Shown here in pieces: positions 20,996-30,260 of a stretch of 64,000 nt of DNA. The DNA comes from an uncultured Desulfobacterales bacterium. GTDB lineage: Bacteria > Desulfobacterota > Dissulfuribacteria > Dissulfuribacterales > QOAL01. The position numbers and the translations under genes are program-made. Below the pieces are notes generated by a model that was not told where the DNA came from, made no database searches, and saw only the letters and a program-made list of their open reading frames with translations. The DNA lies in NCBI GenBank assembly GCA_964638145.1, contig CAZXAK010000041.1, forward strand, positions 6,886-70,885, read 5' to 3'. Numbering within the stretch: position 1 is the stretch's first letter; every line of letters starts with the position of its first letter.

Positions 20996-22764
20996 AGTTC
21001 CCTGTTTAGTTTTTCGATGTTGGCAGCCTGCGCAGCCCGAAATTCTTGTATTCGTCTTGCCACCTGTTCGTCAGTCACTGCTATGATCTGGGCTGCCAGC
21101 ATGGCGGCGTTTTTTGCCCCTGCCTTTCCAATGGCCATGGTTGCCACAGGAATGCCTGGTGGCATCTGGGCCGTGGAGAGCAGGGCATCCATTCCTCCAA
21201 GCGGCGATGCGTCAATGGGTACGCCTATGACCGGAAGCGTGGTATGGGCCGCAATGGCACCGGCGAGATGAGCGGCCATGCCGGCACCTGCAATCAGCAC
21301 CCTGATGCCCCTGTCCCGTGCGGTCTCTGCGAACTCTGCCGCAAGGGCGGGCGTCCTGTGTGCCGAGGCTATCCTGGTCTCATACGGGATACCCATGTCT
21401 TCCAGGACCTCCTGTGCACCTGCCATCACCTCCCTGTCACTCGGGCTTCCCATGACTATCCCTACCTGCGGGGCATCACCTGTGTGCCGCAGGGCCTTCT
21501 GGCCAATGTCCTTTCTGTAGTGCATGCCCTCCCAGGATATCTTTTCCACTGCCTCATAGGCCAGGTCGATGGCATCCTTTATGGTGTCACCAAGGGCCGT
21601 TACACCCAGCACCCGGCCGCCTGCCGTAACGTAGTCGTTGCCTGACCGGGCGGTACCGGCGTGAAATACCATGACATCATCCATGCCAGCCACCCTGTCT
21701 AATCCCTCAATCACCTTGCCCTTCTCGTAACTTCCGGGATAACCTTCAGACGCCAGTACCACGCATACTGCAGCACGTGGGTCCCACTCTATCTCAAAAT
21801 CGTGGAGCCGGCCTTCAATGGCCGCCTCTATTACATCTATGAGGTCACTCTTCATGCGCATAAGAATGGGCTGGGCCTCAGGGTCTCCAAAACGGCAGTT
21901 GAACTCGATGACCTTTGCCGTACCGTTCTTTATGATCAGGCCGCCGTACAGCACCCCTTCATAGGGACGGCCAGCGTCAGCCATTGCCTTTACCGTGGGG
22001 TTCATGATCATGTTCATGATCTGATGGAACAGGTCCGGATTTACCACAGGCGCAGGAGAGTATGCGCCCATGCCCCCTGTATTGGGGCCCCTGTCAAAGT
22101 CGAATACCGGTTTGTGATCCTGGGAGGTGGCAAGAGGGAGCACGTGTTTTCCATCGGTTATGGCCATGAAGGACGCCTCTTCGCCTGTGAGGAACTCTTC
22201 CACGATCATACGCTTGCCTGCGTCGCCGAATGCCCTCTGACGCATTATGGTATCAATGGCCTTTTCAGCCTCTTCAAGGGTGCTGGGGATGATAACCCCC
22301 TTGCCTGCGGCAAGACCGTCGGCCTTAAGGGCAACAGGTACGCCGGTGATGTTTTTTACATAATCCAGCGCCTCGTCAGGGTCTTCAAATACCTTGTATC
22401 TCCCTGTTGGGATCCCGGCGTTGCTCAGCAGTTCCTTGGTGAATACCTTGCTTGCCTCAATAGCTGCGGCCTTGGCAGAAGGACCAAATACCACCAGTCC
22501 CTTCTCCCTGAAGTAATCGGCGATTCCGTTTGCCAGCGGGTCTTCAGGCCCAACAATGGTGAGTCCGATCTGTTGATCAGATGCAAACTGGGCAAGGGCC
22601 TTCATGTCTGATGCCTTTATGTCCACACACTCCGCGTGCTGGCTGATACCAGCATTGCCTGGTGCGCAGAACACCTTCTCCACCCGCGGGCTTGCGGCAA
22701 GTTTCCAGCACAGGGCATGCTCTCTGCCGCCAGAGCCCACAACAAGAACTTTTCTGCAATCCAT
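20992..22764 (-). CDS. purD: Fused phosphoribosylamine-glycine ligase / N5-CAIR mutase
   Basis: PurD ([45 protein letters not shown]) continues in frame into PurE ([35 protein letters not shown]). Start moved to ATG 22764. Confidence 0.96.
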   Translation of the reverse strand: MDCRKVLVVGSGGREHALCWKLAASPRVEKVFCAPGNAGISQHAECVDIKASDMKALAQFASDQQIGLTIVGPEDPLANGIADYFREKGLVVFGPSAKAAAIEASKVFTKELLSNAGIPTGRYKVFEDPDEALDYVKNITGVPVALKADGLAAGKGVIIPSTLEEAEKAIDTIMRQRAFGDAGKRMIVEEFLTGEEASFMAITDGKHVLPLATSQDHKPVFDFDRGPNTGGMGAYSPAPVVNPDLFHQIMNMIMNPTVKAMADAGRPYEGVLYGGLIIKNGTAKVIEFNCRFGDPEAQPILMRMKSDLIDVIEAAIEGRLHDFEIEWDPRAAVCVVLASEGYPGSYEKGKVIEGLDRVAGMDDVMVFHAGTARSGNDYVTAGGRVLGVTALGDTIKDAIDLAYEAVEKISWEGMHYRKDIGQKALRHTGDAPQVGIVMGSPSDREVMAGAQEVLEDMGIPYETRIASAHRTPALAAEFAETARDRGIRVLIAGAGMAAHLAGAIAAHTTLPVIGVPIDASPLGGMDALLSTAQMPPGIPVATMAIGKAGAKNAAMLAAQIIAVTDEQVARRIQEFRAAQAANIEKLNREL

Positions 22765-22785
22765 TTCCTCTATTCTCCTCTGAAA

Positions 22786-22890
22786 CCTGAATTGAGCGAT
22801 TCCCAAGTTTGCGTGAGGTGCAAGGCGGATGATACGCAGACGTACTGTTGTACTTCAGGTATCCGACAACGAAGCAGATCAAGCGAAATT
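22786..22890. repeat. Repeat copy (end B + module X, reverse orientation, end A absent) upstream of purD
   Basis: 22786-22805 CCTGAATTGAGCGATTCCCA is the exact reverse complement of 34222-34241; 77/104 identity to the reverse complement of the 10560-10691 element. Confidence 0.8.
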
Positions 22891-23034
22891 GGGAATCCAG
22901 CACCGGCCAGTCAATCTGCTTATACTACACCAGTTTTGCTGGGAATCAAACCGGAGGCATGAGTCTGGGGACATTATCCCCTGGCTTGAAGGTATCCATA
23001 ATGGTACTGGTTGGAGAGTAGGCCTGCTATACGT

Positions 23035-24111
23035 TTATGACGCCTGTCTCGGGCCTGAGTCCCTGACTTCACGGGTATTCTGGCCAAACAGCAGGTCTTT
23101 CAGGAAGATGACATCACAGGCCGCGTATGTGATGCTCACTATGAAGGCGGTAAGTATGAAGTTGTGGAGTGTGTGTTTTGAGCCAGTGGCCCAGCAGTAA
23201 ACCAGGGGCAGGAAGGCTGCAGGTACAAAAAATCTCTCTTTCCATCTGGTAAGGGTGGGGTGTCCCTGCTGCACTGCCCACATGTCCATGCCCTGTGAGC
23301 AGAATTCTACTGCTACAGCGGCAGTTATTATGCCTGCCATTGCCTGGGAGACCCCGGGGATGACAGCAAGCAGCGTAAGCGGCAGGGCAACAGATATGAA
23401 CAGGCCTGCAACAGCACCTGTCCCCCTTCTGATGCACATGGGAAGGGTGGCACGCACATACTGTGCGCCTGATGCCAGGGTGATAGCCAGTAATACCGCG
23501 CCGTAGATCACATTGGTGGTCTCTGTGGAGAAGAAGAGAAGGGGGAGCAGGCCGACTATCAGGAAGGTCATGGCTATGTAGAGCCGGGGGGGGACCCTCC
23601 CTGTTTTCATGCAGAACCAGGCTATGGCGCAGAATGTTCCGGCTATGGCGGCTGTGAGCAGGAAGTAGCTTACTGACTTGTCAGGAAAGGTGGCAGTGAG
23701 GAATATCAGGCCTATGCCTGTCATCTGCACGGTTGTCTTTATCTTTGCAAGTTCTGTGACCTTGAGTTCATTTCTGCCCGGGGTGAGGAATCTCCGCAGC
23801 TCCGTTACCACGAATTCCCTTAGAAAGATTGGCCATACCACCCACAGGGGCAGTATGCCGAGATGCAGCAGGGGGAGCAGTGTGACTGCTACGAATATCT
23901 TGTCTGCTATGGGGTCCAGCAGTCTGCCAAGGGGTGTGGTGCCGTATTTCCGCGCAAGGAGGCCGTCAAAGTAGTCTGTGAATCCAAGCAAGAACAGGAT
24001 TATCACTGCTGCCACCCTGGCGTTCTGGCCCTGGTATACTAGGAACCACGGCAGTGGCATGAGCAGTATGCGCAGAGAGGTGAGCTGGTTTGCAGTGATT
24101 ATCATCTTCAC
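23035..24111 (-). CDS. Extended CDP-alcohol phosphatidyltransferase family protein (358 aa)
   Basis: ANQLTSLRI, TDYFDGLLARKYG, GRLLDPIADK, REFVVTELR, KIKTTVQM, followed by about 170 extra hydrophobic residues. Confidence 0.88.
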   Translation of the reverse strand: MKMIITANQLTSLRILLMPLPWFLVYQGQNARVAAVIILFLLGFTDYFDGLLARKYGTTPLGRLLDPIADKIFVAVTLLPLLHLGILPLWVVWPIFLREFVVTELRRFLTPGRNELKVTELAKIKTTVQMTGIGLIFLTATFPDKSVSYFLLTAAIAGTFCAIAWFCMKTGRVPPRLYIAMTFLIVGLLPLLFFSTETTNVIYGAVLLAITLASGAQYVRATLPMCIRRGTGAVAGLFISVALPLTLLAVIPGVSQAMAGIITAAVAVEFCSQGMDMWAVQQGHPTLTRWKERFFVPAAFLPLVYCWATGSKHTLHNFILTAFIVSITYAACDVIFLKDLLFGQNTREVRDSGPRQAS

Positions 24112-24659
24112 GCCGCAGCCCTTTTCCTCTCGTAGAGTTGGTAAAAGGCCTGCAACAGTTCTGCCCTGGCATGTCCCATGTACTGGACATCCTGGGTGAA
24201 CTCTCGGAATTTTCTCGCAGGGCCTATCTCGATCTGAAGCAGGAGCGGGTCACAGAAGTACCACGTGCAGCGGTACGGCCTCTGTATTCTGGGCAGTGTG
24301 CATCCCCTTTCACCCATGAACTGACACATGGCCCTCTCGTCCACTGACAGGTCATATTCAGGCAGCTTTCCTACCATTGCGATTATTGCCACCACATCGG
24401 CAAATTCCGGGAAACCATGTTTGTTGCAGCAGCATACATTTCCACAGTACGGGCAGACCTTGGCCGTGTACTCCTGGATCAAAGGGTCGATTTCGGCAAA
24501 TGCCTGTTTGAACTGCAGTGCCTTGGCGTTGACCTCTTCCATTTCCCCCTGATGTTCCCGGAAGAATGTCTTTATCTCCTCAACAGTCCTCCAGAACTCA
24601 GGAGGATTTCGGAAGTCGAGTTTGGGAAAGACTGTTGCATCAAATCCTGTGATCATCAT
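24108..24659 (-). CDS. Cysteine-cluster protein, YkgJ/CxxCxxCC-like
   Basis: CPYCGNVCCC...CQFMGERGC...RPYRCTWYFC; overlaps both neighbours by 4 nt. Confidence 0.7.
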   Translation of the reverse strand: MMITGFDATVFPKLDFRNPPEFWRTVEEIKTFFREHQGEMEEVNAKALQFKQAFAEIDPLIQEYTAKVCPYCGNVCCCNKHGFPEFADVVAIIAMVGKLPEYDLSVDERAMCQFMGERGCTLPRIQRPYRCTWYFCDPLLLQIEIGPARKFREFTQDVQYMGHARAELLQAFYQLYERKRAAA

Positions 24660-25765
24660 AGATAACTTTTGAAACCCCTCTTCTTCAACTCTTTCACCAG
24701 TTCACCCACCTCGTTCAGCCTGTGGCGTGGGCATACCAGTACCGCGTCTCCTTGGGCAATGACCGCCATGCCGTTCAGGTGGGCCGCTGCTACGAGAGTG
24801 CCATCATGCCCAAGTATGAGACACTCCTTGCAATCCACAGCCACTGCCGTGCCGTTCACCGCATTTTGCTCTTTGTCTTTTTGGGCCAGTTGGTAGTACG
24901 TCTCCCACACCCCCATGTCATACCAGTAGAAATCGAACGGGAACATCACCAGCTCAACGCCCTTGTACTGGCAGATGGTGGGAATACGTTCAAGCAGTCC
25001 CTTGTCAATGGAGTCACAGGGCATGCGGCTGTACTGTGATTCTATGAAGGAGAAGTCATATGCCGATCTGTTTTCCATAAGGTCGTTCAGAGACTTCCAT
25101 GCCTCTGGCATGCATCCGTCCAGGGCCTTGAACAGGGTCTCTGGTGCAAAGGCGAATATGCCGCTGTTCCAGTAGAATGATTCCCTGCTGACATACTCCT
25201 CAGCGGTCTTGATACACGGTTTCTCATGAAACCTGCATACCTCATAGCAGGGAAGCGACGTGTTCGCATCTATTTTTTCACCTACCTGTATATATCCGTA
25301 TGCCGTCTCTGGCCGGTCAGGCTTGATGCCAAACATCACTATGACAGGATTGCTGGCCGCATAGGCCAGGCCCGCTGACAGGACCTCCCTGAACTGTTCC
25401 CTGTCCTCGATGATGTGGTCTGAGGGCAGTACTGCTATTGCGTCAGGAGAGGCCGTCTTTTCTATGATGGTCACTGCCCATGCAATGGCAGCGGCTGTAC
25501 CCCGCGGGCAAGGTTCTGATATAACATGGTTGTCAGGCAGTTCTGGCAGGTGGTCATGTATATCTTCCCGGTGGGCCGGCTTTGCTATGACCCATATCTT
25601 TTCCCACGAGAACATTGGACGAATCCGGGCTATGGTCCGTTCCAGCATGGATTCTGAGCTCTGGAGCCGCAGGAACTGTTTTGGTTTGAGCCTGCGGCTT
25701 TTGGGCCACAACCTGGTACCAAGCCCACCGGCAAGTATGAGTACGTGTTGATTGAGATCAGACAA
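24656..25765 (-). CDS. manC: Mannose-1-phosphate guanylyltransferase, no C-terminal cupin isomerase domain
   Basis: LILAGGLGTRLWPKSR..PKQF, EPCPRGTAAAI, PSDH, ETAYGYI, FHEKP, WNSGIF, WYDMGVW. Confidence 0.9.
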   Translation of the reverse strand: MSDLNQHVLILAGGLGTRLWPKSRRLKPKQFLRLQSSESMLERTIARIRPMFSWEKIWVIAKPAHREDIHDHLPELPDNHVISEPCPRGTAAAIAWAVTIIEKTASPDAIAVLPSDHIIEDREQFREVLSAGLAYAASNPVIVMFGIKPDRPETAYGYIQVGEKIDANTSLPCYEVCRFHEKPCIKTAEEYVSRESFYWNSGIFAFAPETLFKALDGCMPEAWKSLNDLMENRSAYDFSFIESQYSRMPCDSIDKGLLERIPTICQYKGVELVMFPFDFYWYDMGVWETYYQLAQKDKEQNAVNGTAVAVDCKECLILGHDGTLVAAAHLNGMAVIAQGDAVLVCPRHRLNEVGELVKELKKRGFKSYL

Positions 25766-26519
25766 GTTTTCCTCCAGATGTGAATCTGTCCTGGCAGACA
25801 GCTGCTACCTGTGCCGCAGCGGCAATGGCCGCTGTCTCAGCGCGGAGTATCCTGCTGCCAAGTGAGCAGGCAAGAAAGCCTCTGTTCAGACACGCGGACA
25901 CCTCGTCAGGCGTAAATCCGCCCTCCGGGCCAATGAGGATGCCCATGGTCCTCTTCGGCACTCTGGCCTGCAAATGTGAAAACATGGATCTCTCTTCTGT
26001 TCCCTCCCACAGCATTATTTTGAACAGTTCTCTTGTGCTGTCAAGCAGTTCCTCAAGGTGAACAGGCGCCTGTATTTCCGTGAGCCTGTTGCCTGAGCAC
26101 TGCTTCAGTGCCTGTACCGAGATGTCCCTCCACCTCCTGATTCTCTGCCTGTCATTACCGGGTCTTGCCACAGTCCTGCTGGTGATCACCGGCCGTATCT
26201 CCCGAACGCCAAGTTCACAGGCCTTCTGGACGAGCCAGTCCATCCGTTTGCCTTTGATTATCGCAGGCATCAGGCACAGCGGGAGCGTGTCGTCAGGGCA
26301 TGGCACCTGGCTTGTGATCTGGAACAGGACGGTTTCACCATGCACAGATATAACCTGTGCAGAAAATGCCTTTCCAAGCCCGTCCTTGATGATGGCATTG
26401 GCCCCTGGCCTGATGCGTCTTACCTTGGCAAGGTGGCGGCCTTCAGGGCCTGAAATGCTGAGTTCCCCATCTGGAGCGTCAAGTAATGAGGTATGGACAA
26501 TCACCTCAAACCGGGCCAT
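25758..26519 (-). CDS. rsmE: 16S rRNA m3U1498 methyltransferase
   Basis: HLAKVRRI, LVQKACELGV, IGPEGGFT, LGSRILRAETA. Confidence 0.96.
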   Translation of the reverse strand: MARFEVIVHTSLLDAPDGELSISGPEGRHLAKVRRIRPGANAIIKDGLGKAFSAQVISVHGETVLFQITSQVPCPDDTLPLCLMPAIIKGKRMDWLVQKACELGVREIRPVITSRTVARPGNDRQRIRRWRDISVQALKQCSGNRLTEIQAPVHLEELLDSTRELFKIMLWEGTEERSMFSHLQARVPKRTMGILIGPEGGFTPDEVSACLNRGFLACSLGSRILRAETAAIAAAAQVAAVCQDRFTSGGKLV

Positions 26520-26597
26520 GTCAGACCTTTGTGTCTCTCAGTACTACACGATACCTGAGATGCAGGAGCAATTGGCAAAGGTGGATGGTGCCTTTTT

Positions 26598-27515
26598 TCA
26601 TGGCCTTGACCCGGAGCAAATCATTGTTATACATGCCCACTCCTCACTGTCCGAATCCCCTGCCCCGCTGCCGCTGGAGGAACGTACCAGTGATAATCCA
26701 AGGTTACTGAACACACCTGCAACCTCTGACTGCTGGTTTTTCAGTATGCCAGAGATCATGAGGATGCCGTTCTGTACCAGACGATCCGTGAGTTCCGGGG
26801 CAAGCCCTTTCAGGGTGTCCCTGTCGATGTTGGCAAGGACCAGGTCAAATGAACGGGAAAAGGAGTGTAACCGGGTGTCACTCACGTTCATAATGTGCTC
26901 GACCCGGTTCAATGCGGCATTTTCCGAAGCGGTACGCACAGCCTCAGGGTCTATGTCAACTGCCTCCACAAGGCAGGCCCCTTTTTTGGCCGCTGCGATG
27001 CCAAGTATGCCTGTACCAGTACCCACGTCAAGAACAGCAGGCCTTCTGCCCTGGAGCATGTGGTTCCATACCCACTCTATGCCTTCAAGCATCAGTGCCG
27101 TAGAGGCATGGGTGCCCACGCCAAATGCCTGGCCTGGATCTATCTCTATGACTATGTCTCTCTCTTCAGCTTCAAATGGTTCCCATCTGGGTTTGATCAC
27201 AAACTGCTTGCCAACGCGCACTGGCCTGAAAAACTCTTTCCATCTCTCCGCCCAGTCCTGGTCCTCTACCATTTCGTGACATACCTCTACCGCCTTTGCG
27301 TCATGCCCCGGCGTGTACGATAGGCCCTTTGCGAACTCCTCTATTTCATGGAGGAGCCCTGTTTCCATCTCTTCCTGCGTGAGCCAGGCAGTGACAGAGC
27401 ACAGATCCGAACTGTCATCCACCTCAACCCCTCTTGATGTGGCGGAGATGATGAATTCAGAGACAATGTCAACAAGATGGCCCGGGATGTCTATGGTGAT
27501 CTTTTCCCATTTCAC
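26598..27515 (-). CDS. prmA: Ribosomal protein L11 methyltransferase
   Basis: DQDWAERWKEFF, IDPGQAFGVGTHAST, LDVGTGTGILGI, DLVLANI, SGIL, EEW. Confidence 0.96.
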   Translation of the reverse strand: MKWEKITIDIPGHLVDIVSEFIISATSRGVEVDDSSDLCSVTAWLTQEEMETGLLHEIEEFAKGLSYTPGHDAKAVEVCHEMVEDQDWAERWKEFFRPVRVGKQFVIKPRWEPFEAEERDIVIEIDPGQAFGVGTHASTALMLEGIEWVWNHMLQGRRPAVLDVGTGTGILGIAAAKKGACLVEAVDIDPEAVRTASENAALNRVEHIMNVSDTRLHSFSRSFDLVLANIDRDTLKGLAPELTDRLVQNGILMISGILKNQQSEVAGVFSNLGLSLVRSSSGSGAGDSDSEEWACITMICSGSRP

Positions 27516-27518
27516 TGC

Positions 27519-27998
27519 CTAATGTCTCCCAGTTGACTGCCTGATGCTGTGTGGGTCTGACTGCAGCCTGTCGTCACGTTCACGCATGAGCCAGTAAACT
27601 ATGCCGAGGGACATGAGCACTGCCGCCAGCGAAAAGATGGTGACAGGTGGTGTGGATTTGATGTCCAGGATTATCATCTTTCTGCTTATGGCAAGGATCG
27701 CGATGAGAAGCACGGTCTTTACCTGCACGATGCTCTCCTGATCCACGATGACCTTGACTATGGAGTGTTTGAACTCCAATGCGATCAGCACCACCATTAT
27801 CATACCGAATACCGCCTTGAAGGATTTGTGTTCCACCGGATCCAGCCCTTTTTTGAAGAATAGCTCAAAGATGTGGTATCCTAATTTGTAGGTGGCATAG
27901 ATTATGATCAGTGCTACAAAAAATGAGAGTATGAGGCATATCACCTTTTCGAAACGCTCGTATAACCCCAGTAACTTCCACTCCTCTGAAAATTTCAT
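27519..27998 (-). CDS. PsiE-like (phosphate-starvation-inducible) membrane protein
   Basis: Four TM segments; FGMIMVVLIALEFKHSI, VKTVLLIAILAISRKMIILD. Confidence 0.85.
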   Translation of the reverse strand: MKFSEEWKLLGLYERFEKVICLILSFFVALIIIYATYKLGYHIFELFFKKGLDPVEHKSFKAVFGMIMVVLIALEFKHSIVKVIVDQESIVQVKTVLLIAILAISRKMIILDIKSTPPVTIFSLAAVLMSLGIVYWLMRERDDRLQSDPHSIRQSTGRH

Positions 27999-28783
27999 GT
28001 TCCCTCCGTGTCAGTCTCGGATTTGCCCACTCGTTCCATATACTCCCTGAATGCGGAAAGCAGGTTTGATTCTGGTCTTTGAAGCATGGTAGATAAATTC
28101 CCATATTCCGCAACCCTGCCCTGTTCAATGACTACAGCCTGCCTGCACAGCGACAGGACCTCATATGGATCGTGGCTGATCAGTACTACTGTAATACGGT
28201 TTTCTTGGGCAAGTCCCTTTATTTTACTTATAATGCTATTTTTTATGGTGATATCAAGTCCGTTAAAGGGTTCATCGAGAAACAGGAATTCAGGCCTTGT
28301 GGCAAGTGCCCTGGCAAGGGCAAGTCTCTGCTGTTCCCCGCCTGATAGTTGTCCTGGATACTTTGAGGACAGGTGGTCAATTCCACAGATAGACAGGCTC
28401 CGGTCTGCCTGGTGGTGAGAGTCCTCTGTGTCAGGAAGGCACAACAGGACGTTTTCCATTACTGTGAGGTTGGGCCATAGGGCCAGATCCTGGAATACCA
28501 TGGATATCCTACGGTTACGCGGCGCTACGAATATGGTCTTTGGGCCAGATACCCTCTGGCCGTGCAGGTAGATATTGCCTGAGTACGGGGCCTCAAGACC
28601 TGCGAGGAGCCGCAGCAGAGTGGATTTCCCGCTCCCGGAATTTCCAAGGATCCCCCACCCGCAGCCAGGCGTTATGGTACACGAGAGCCTGGAGAATACC
28701 TCGTCTGACCCAAACCTCATACCCACGTCTTCCATTCTGAAGCCTGAAGTCCATTCGTTGCTGGCAGTGTTGGGGCTGATCAT
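27995..28783 (-). CDS. ABC transporter ATP-binding protein with no partner genes nearby
   Basis: Walker A GNSGSGKS, Q-loop FQDLALWP, LSGGE signature, Walker B FLDE, H-loop SHD. Confidence 0.9.
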   Translation of the reverse strand: MISPNTASNEWTSGFRMEDVGMRFGSDEVFSRLSCTITPGCGWGILGNSGSGKSTLLRLLAGLEAPYSGNIYLHGQRVSGPKTIFVAPRNRRISMVFQDLALWPNLTVMENVLLCLPDTEDSHHQADRSLSICGIDHLSSKYPGQLSGGEQQRLALARALATRPEFLFLDEPFNGLDITIKNSIISKIKGLAQENRITVVLISHDPYEVLSLCRQAVVIEQGRVAEYGNLSTMLQRPESNLLSAFREYMERVGKSETDTEGT

Positions 28784-29117
28784 CTGTTTCCGGCTTTCCT
28801 CCCCGTGGTTTCTCTTGGTATGGTAACATGATGTTCAGGATACCGGGACGGACAGTGCAAAAAAGAATCAAGTTGCCCCTGGATTGTTCCGATCCATACA
28901 CCAGGATGTCTTAGGGACAGGGATTTTTATCATGGTTGTGAAGCTCATTTGTCGATATCGGTAATTATGATTTTGGTTCGCGGCCATAACCATGGGAAAA
29001 GCTCCCTCCCCCTGTCAATTGTTGCTGGATATCATCTGTTTCGCAATGAGGCCCTGATTAACAGATCATAGCATAACTTTCCAAACTTTCATGTCATGTG
29101 TGGAAGAGGTGTGGTCA

Positions 29118-29315
29118 ATGCAGGTGAATGGTACGTCAAATGTTAGTATGTCCATAATGAATACGGCCAATAAACAGCCAGTTGCGGCGTTGGAACTTTT
29201 GATGCGGACACTTCAGGAGGGTTCAGGGGCTGGAACCCTCCACCAGCCTGCCCAACCTGTGGCGCCTGTACCTTCTGCTGACCACAGGGGGAGTGTAGTT
29301 GATGTAATGGCCTGA
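29118..29315 (+). CDS. Small protein resembling the YjfB/putative motility protein family
   Basis: 65 aa, GAGGT SD; MSIMNTANKQPVAALELL...GSVVDVMA resembles the YjfB C-terminal GxxxDxxA pattern (from memory). Confidence 0.55.
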   Translation: MQVNGTSNVSMSIMNTANKQPVAALELLMRTLQEGSGAGTLHQPAQPVAPVPSADHRGSVVDVMA

Positions 29316-29440
29316 GATGTGTCTGCGTTATACGTTTGAAAGAACCGCGTTTTTCTACCTGTTTCTCCAGCAGTGATTCCTTTGTTCAGGATAAGGCCCT
29401 GCTACTCGTGTGATTACAGTAGATATGAGGCGGCGGTTGC

Positions 29441-30100
29441 CTACCTGCCGGCAGCCGCCTTCAGGGCCTGGATGGTTGCCGCATAGTCTTCTGTACCGTA
29501 GACAGCGGAACCTGCCACGCAGATGGAGGCCCCGGCAGCCACGACATCGTTTATGGTTTCAAGGTTTACCCCGCCGTCAATCTCTATTGGTATGTTGATC
29601 CCTCGCTCGGCCATCATATCCTTCAGTGCCCTGATCTTTCTGAGCGTGGAGTGGATGAATCCCTGGCCCCCGAATCCAGGATTGACACTCATGAGCAGTA
29701 CCAGATCAAGGTCTTCCAGGACATAGTCGATTGTTGTGAGTGGTGTCGCAGGGTTCAGTACTGCGCCTGCCCTGCCCCCCAGTGCCTTGATCGCCTGGAT
29801 GGTGCGGTGAAGGTGAGTACACGCCTCTACGTGGACCGTGATCCAGTCGGCGCCTGCCCTGGCAAATGCCTCTATGTAACGGTCAGGGTCAGAGATCATC
29901 AGGTGGCAGTCCAGTGGCAGGGTGGTTGCCGGCCGTATGGCCTTTACCACCAGTGGTCCCAGGGTGATGTTTGGCACGAAGTGGCCGTCCATCACATCCA
30001 CATGGATGACGTCTGCCCCGGCCTCTTCCACCGCCTTTACTTCAGCGGCAAGTCTCCCAAAGTCAGCGGACAAAATGGATGGTGCAATCTGTACTTTCAT
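29441..30100 (-). CDS. rpe: Ribulose-phosphate 3-epimerase
   Basis: IAPSILSADF, HVDVMDGHFVPN, MSVNPGFGGQ, IEIDGG, VAGSA. Confidence 0.98.
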   Translation of the reverse strand: MKVQIAPSILSADFGRLAAEVKAVEEAGADVIHVDVMDGHFVPNITLGPLVVKAIRPATTLPLDCHLMISDPDRYIEAFARAGADWITVHVEACTHLHRTIQAIKALGGRAGAVLNPATPLTTIDYVLEDLDLVLLMSVNPGFGGQGFIHSTLRKIRALKDMMAERGINIPIEIDGGVNLETINDVVAAGASICVAGSAVYGTEDYAATIQALKAAAGR

Positions 30101-30260
30101 AATGGATGGATTATAGTCTTTTTTAATCAGTCCCGAAACAGAAAACCTTTCTGGAATTCCATACTCCAGGACATCTCTGCACTCTTTGTCTGTTGTTTCT
30201 GTATTTCAGGTGTTCTGGAGTGTGCCGGAATTTAAGAGTGGCAAAGTGGAGGCAAGGAAT

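Noticed and set aside
26080-27279. 399-aa ORF on the plus strand
   Set aside because: Ser-rich antisense shadow of rsmE and prmA with no recognisable motifs.
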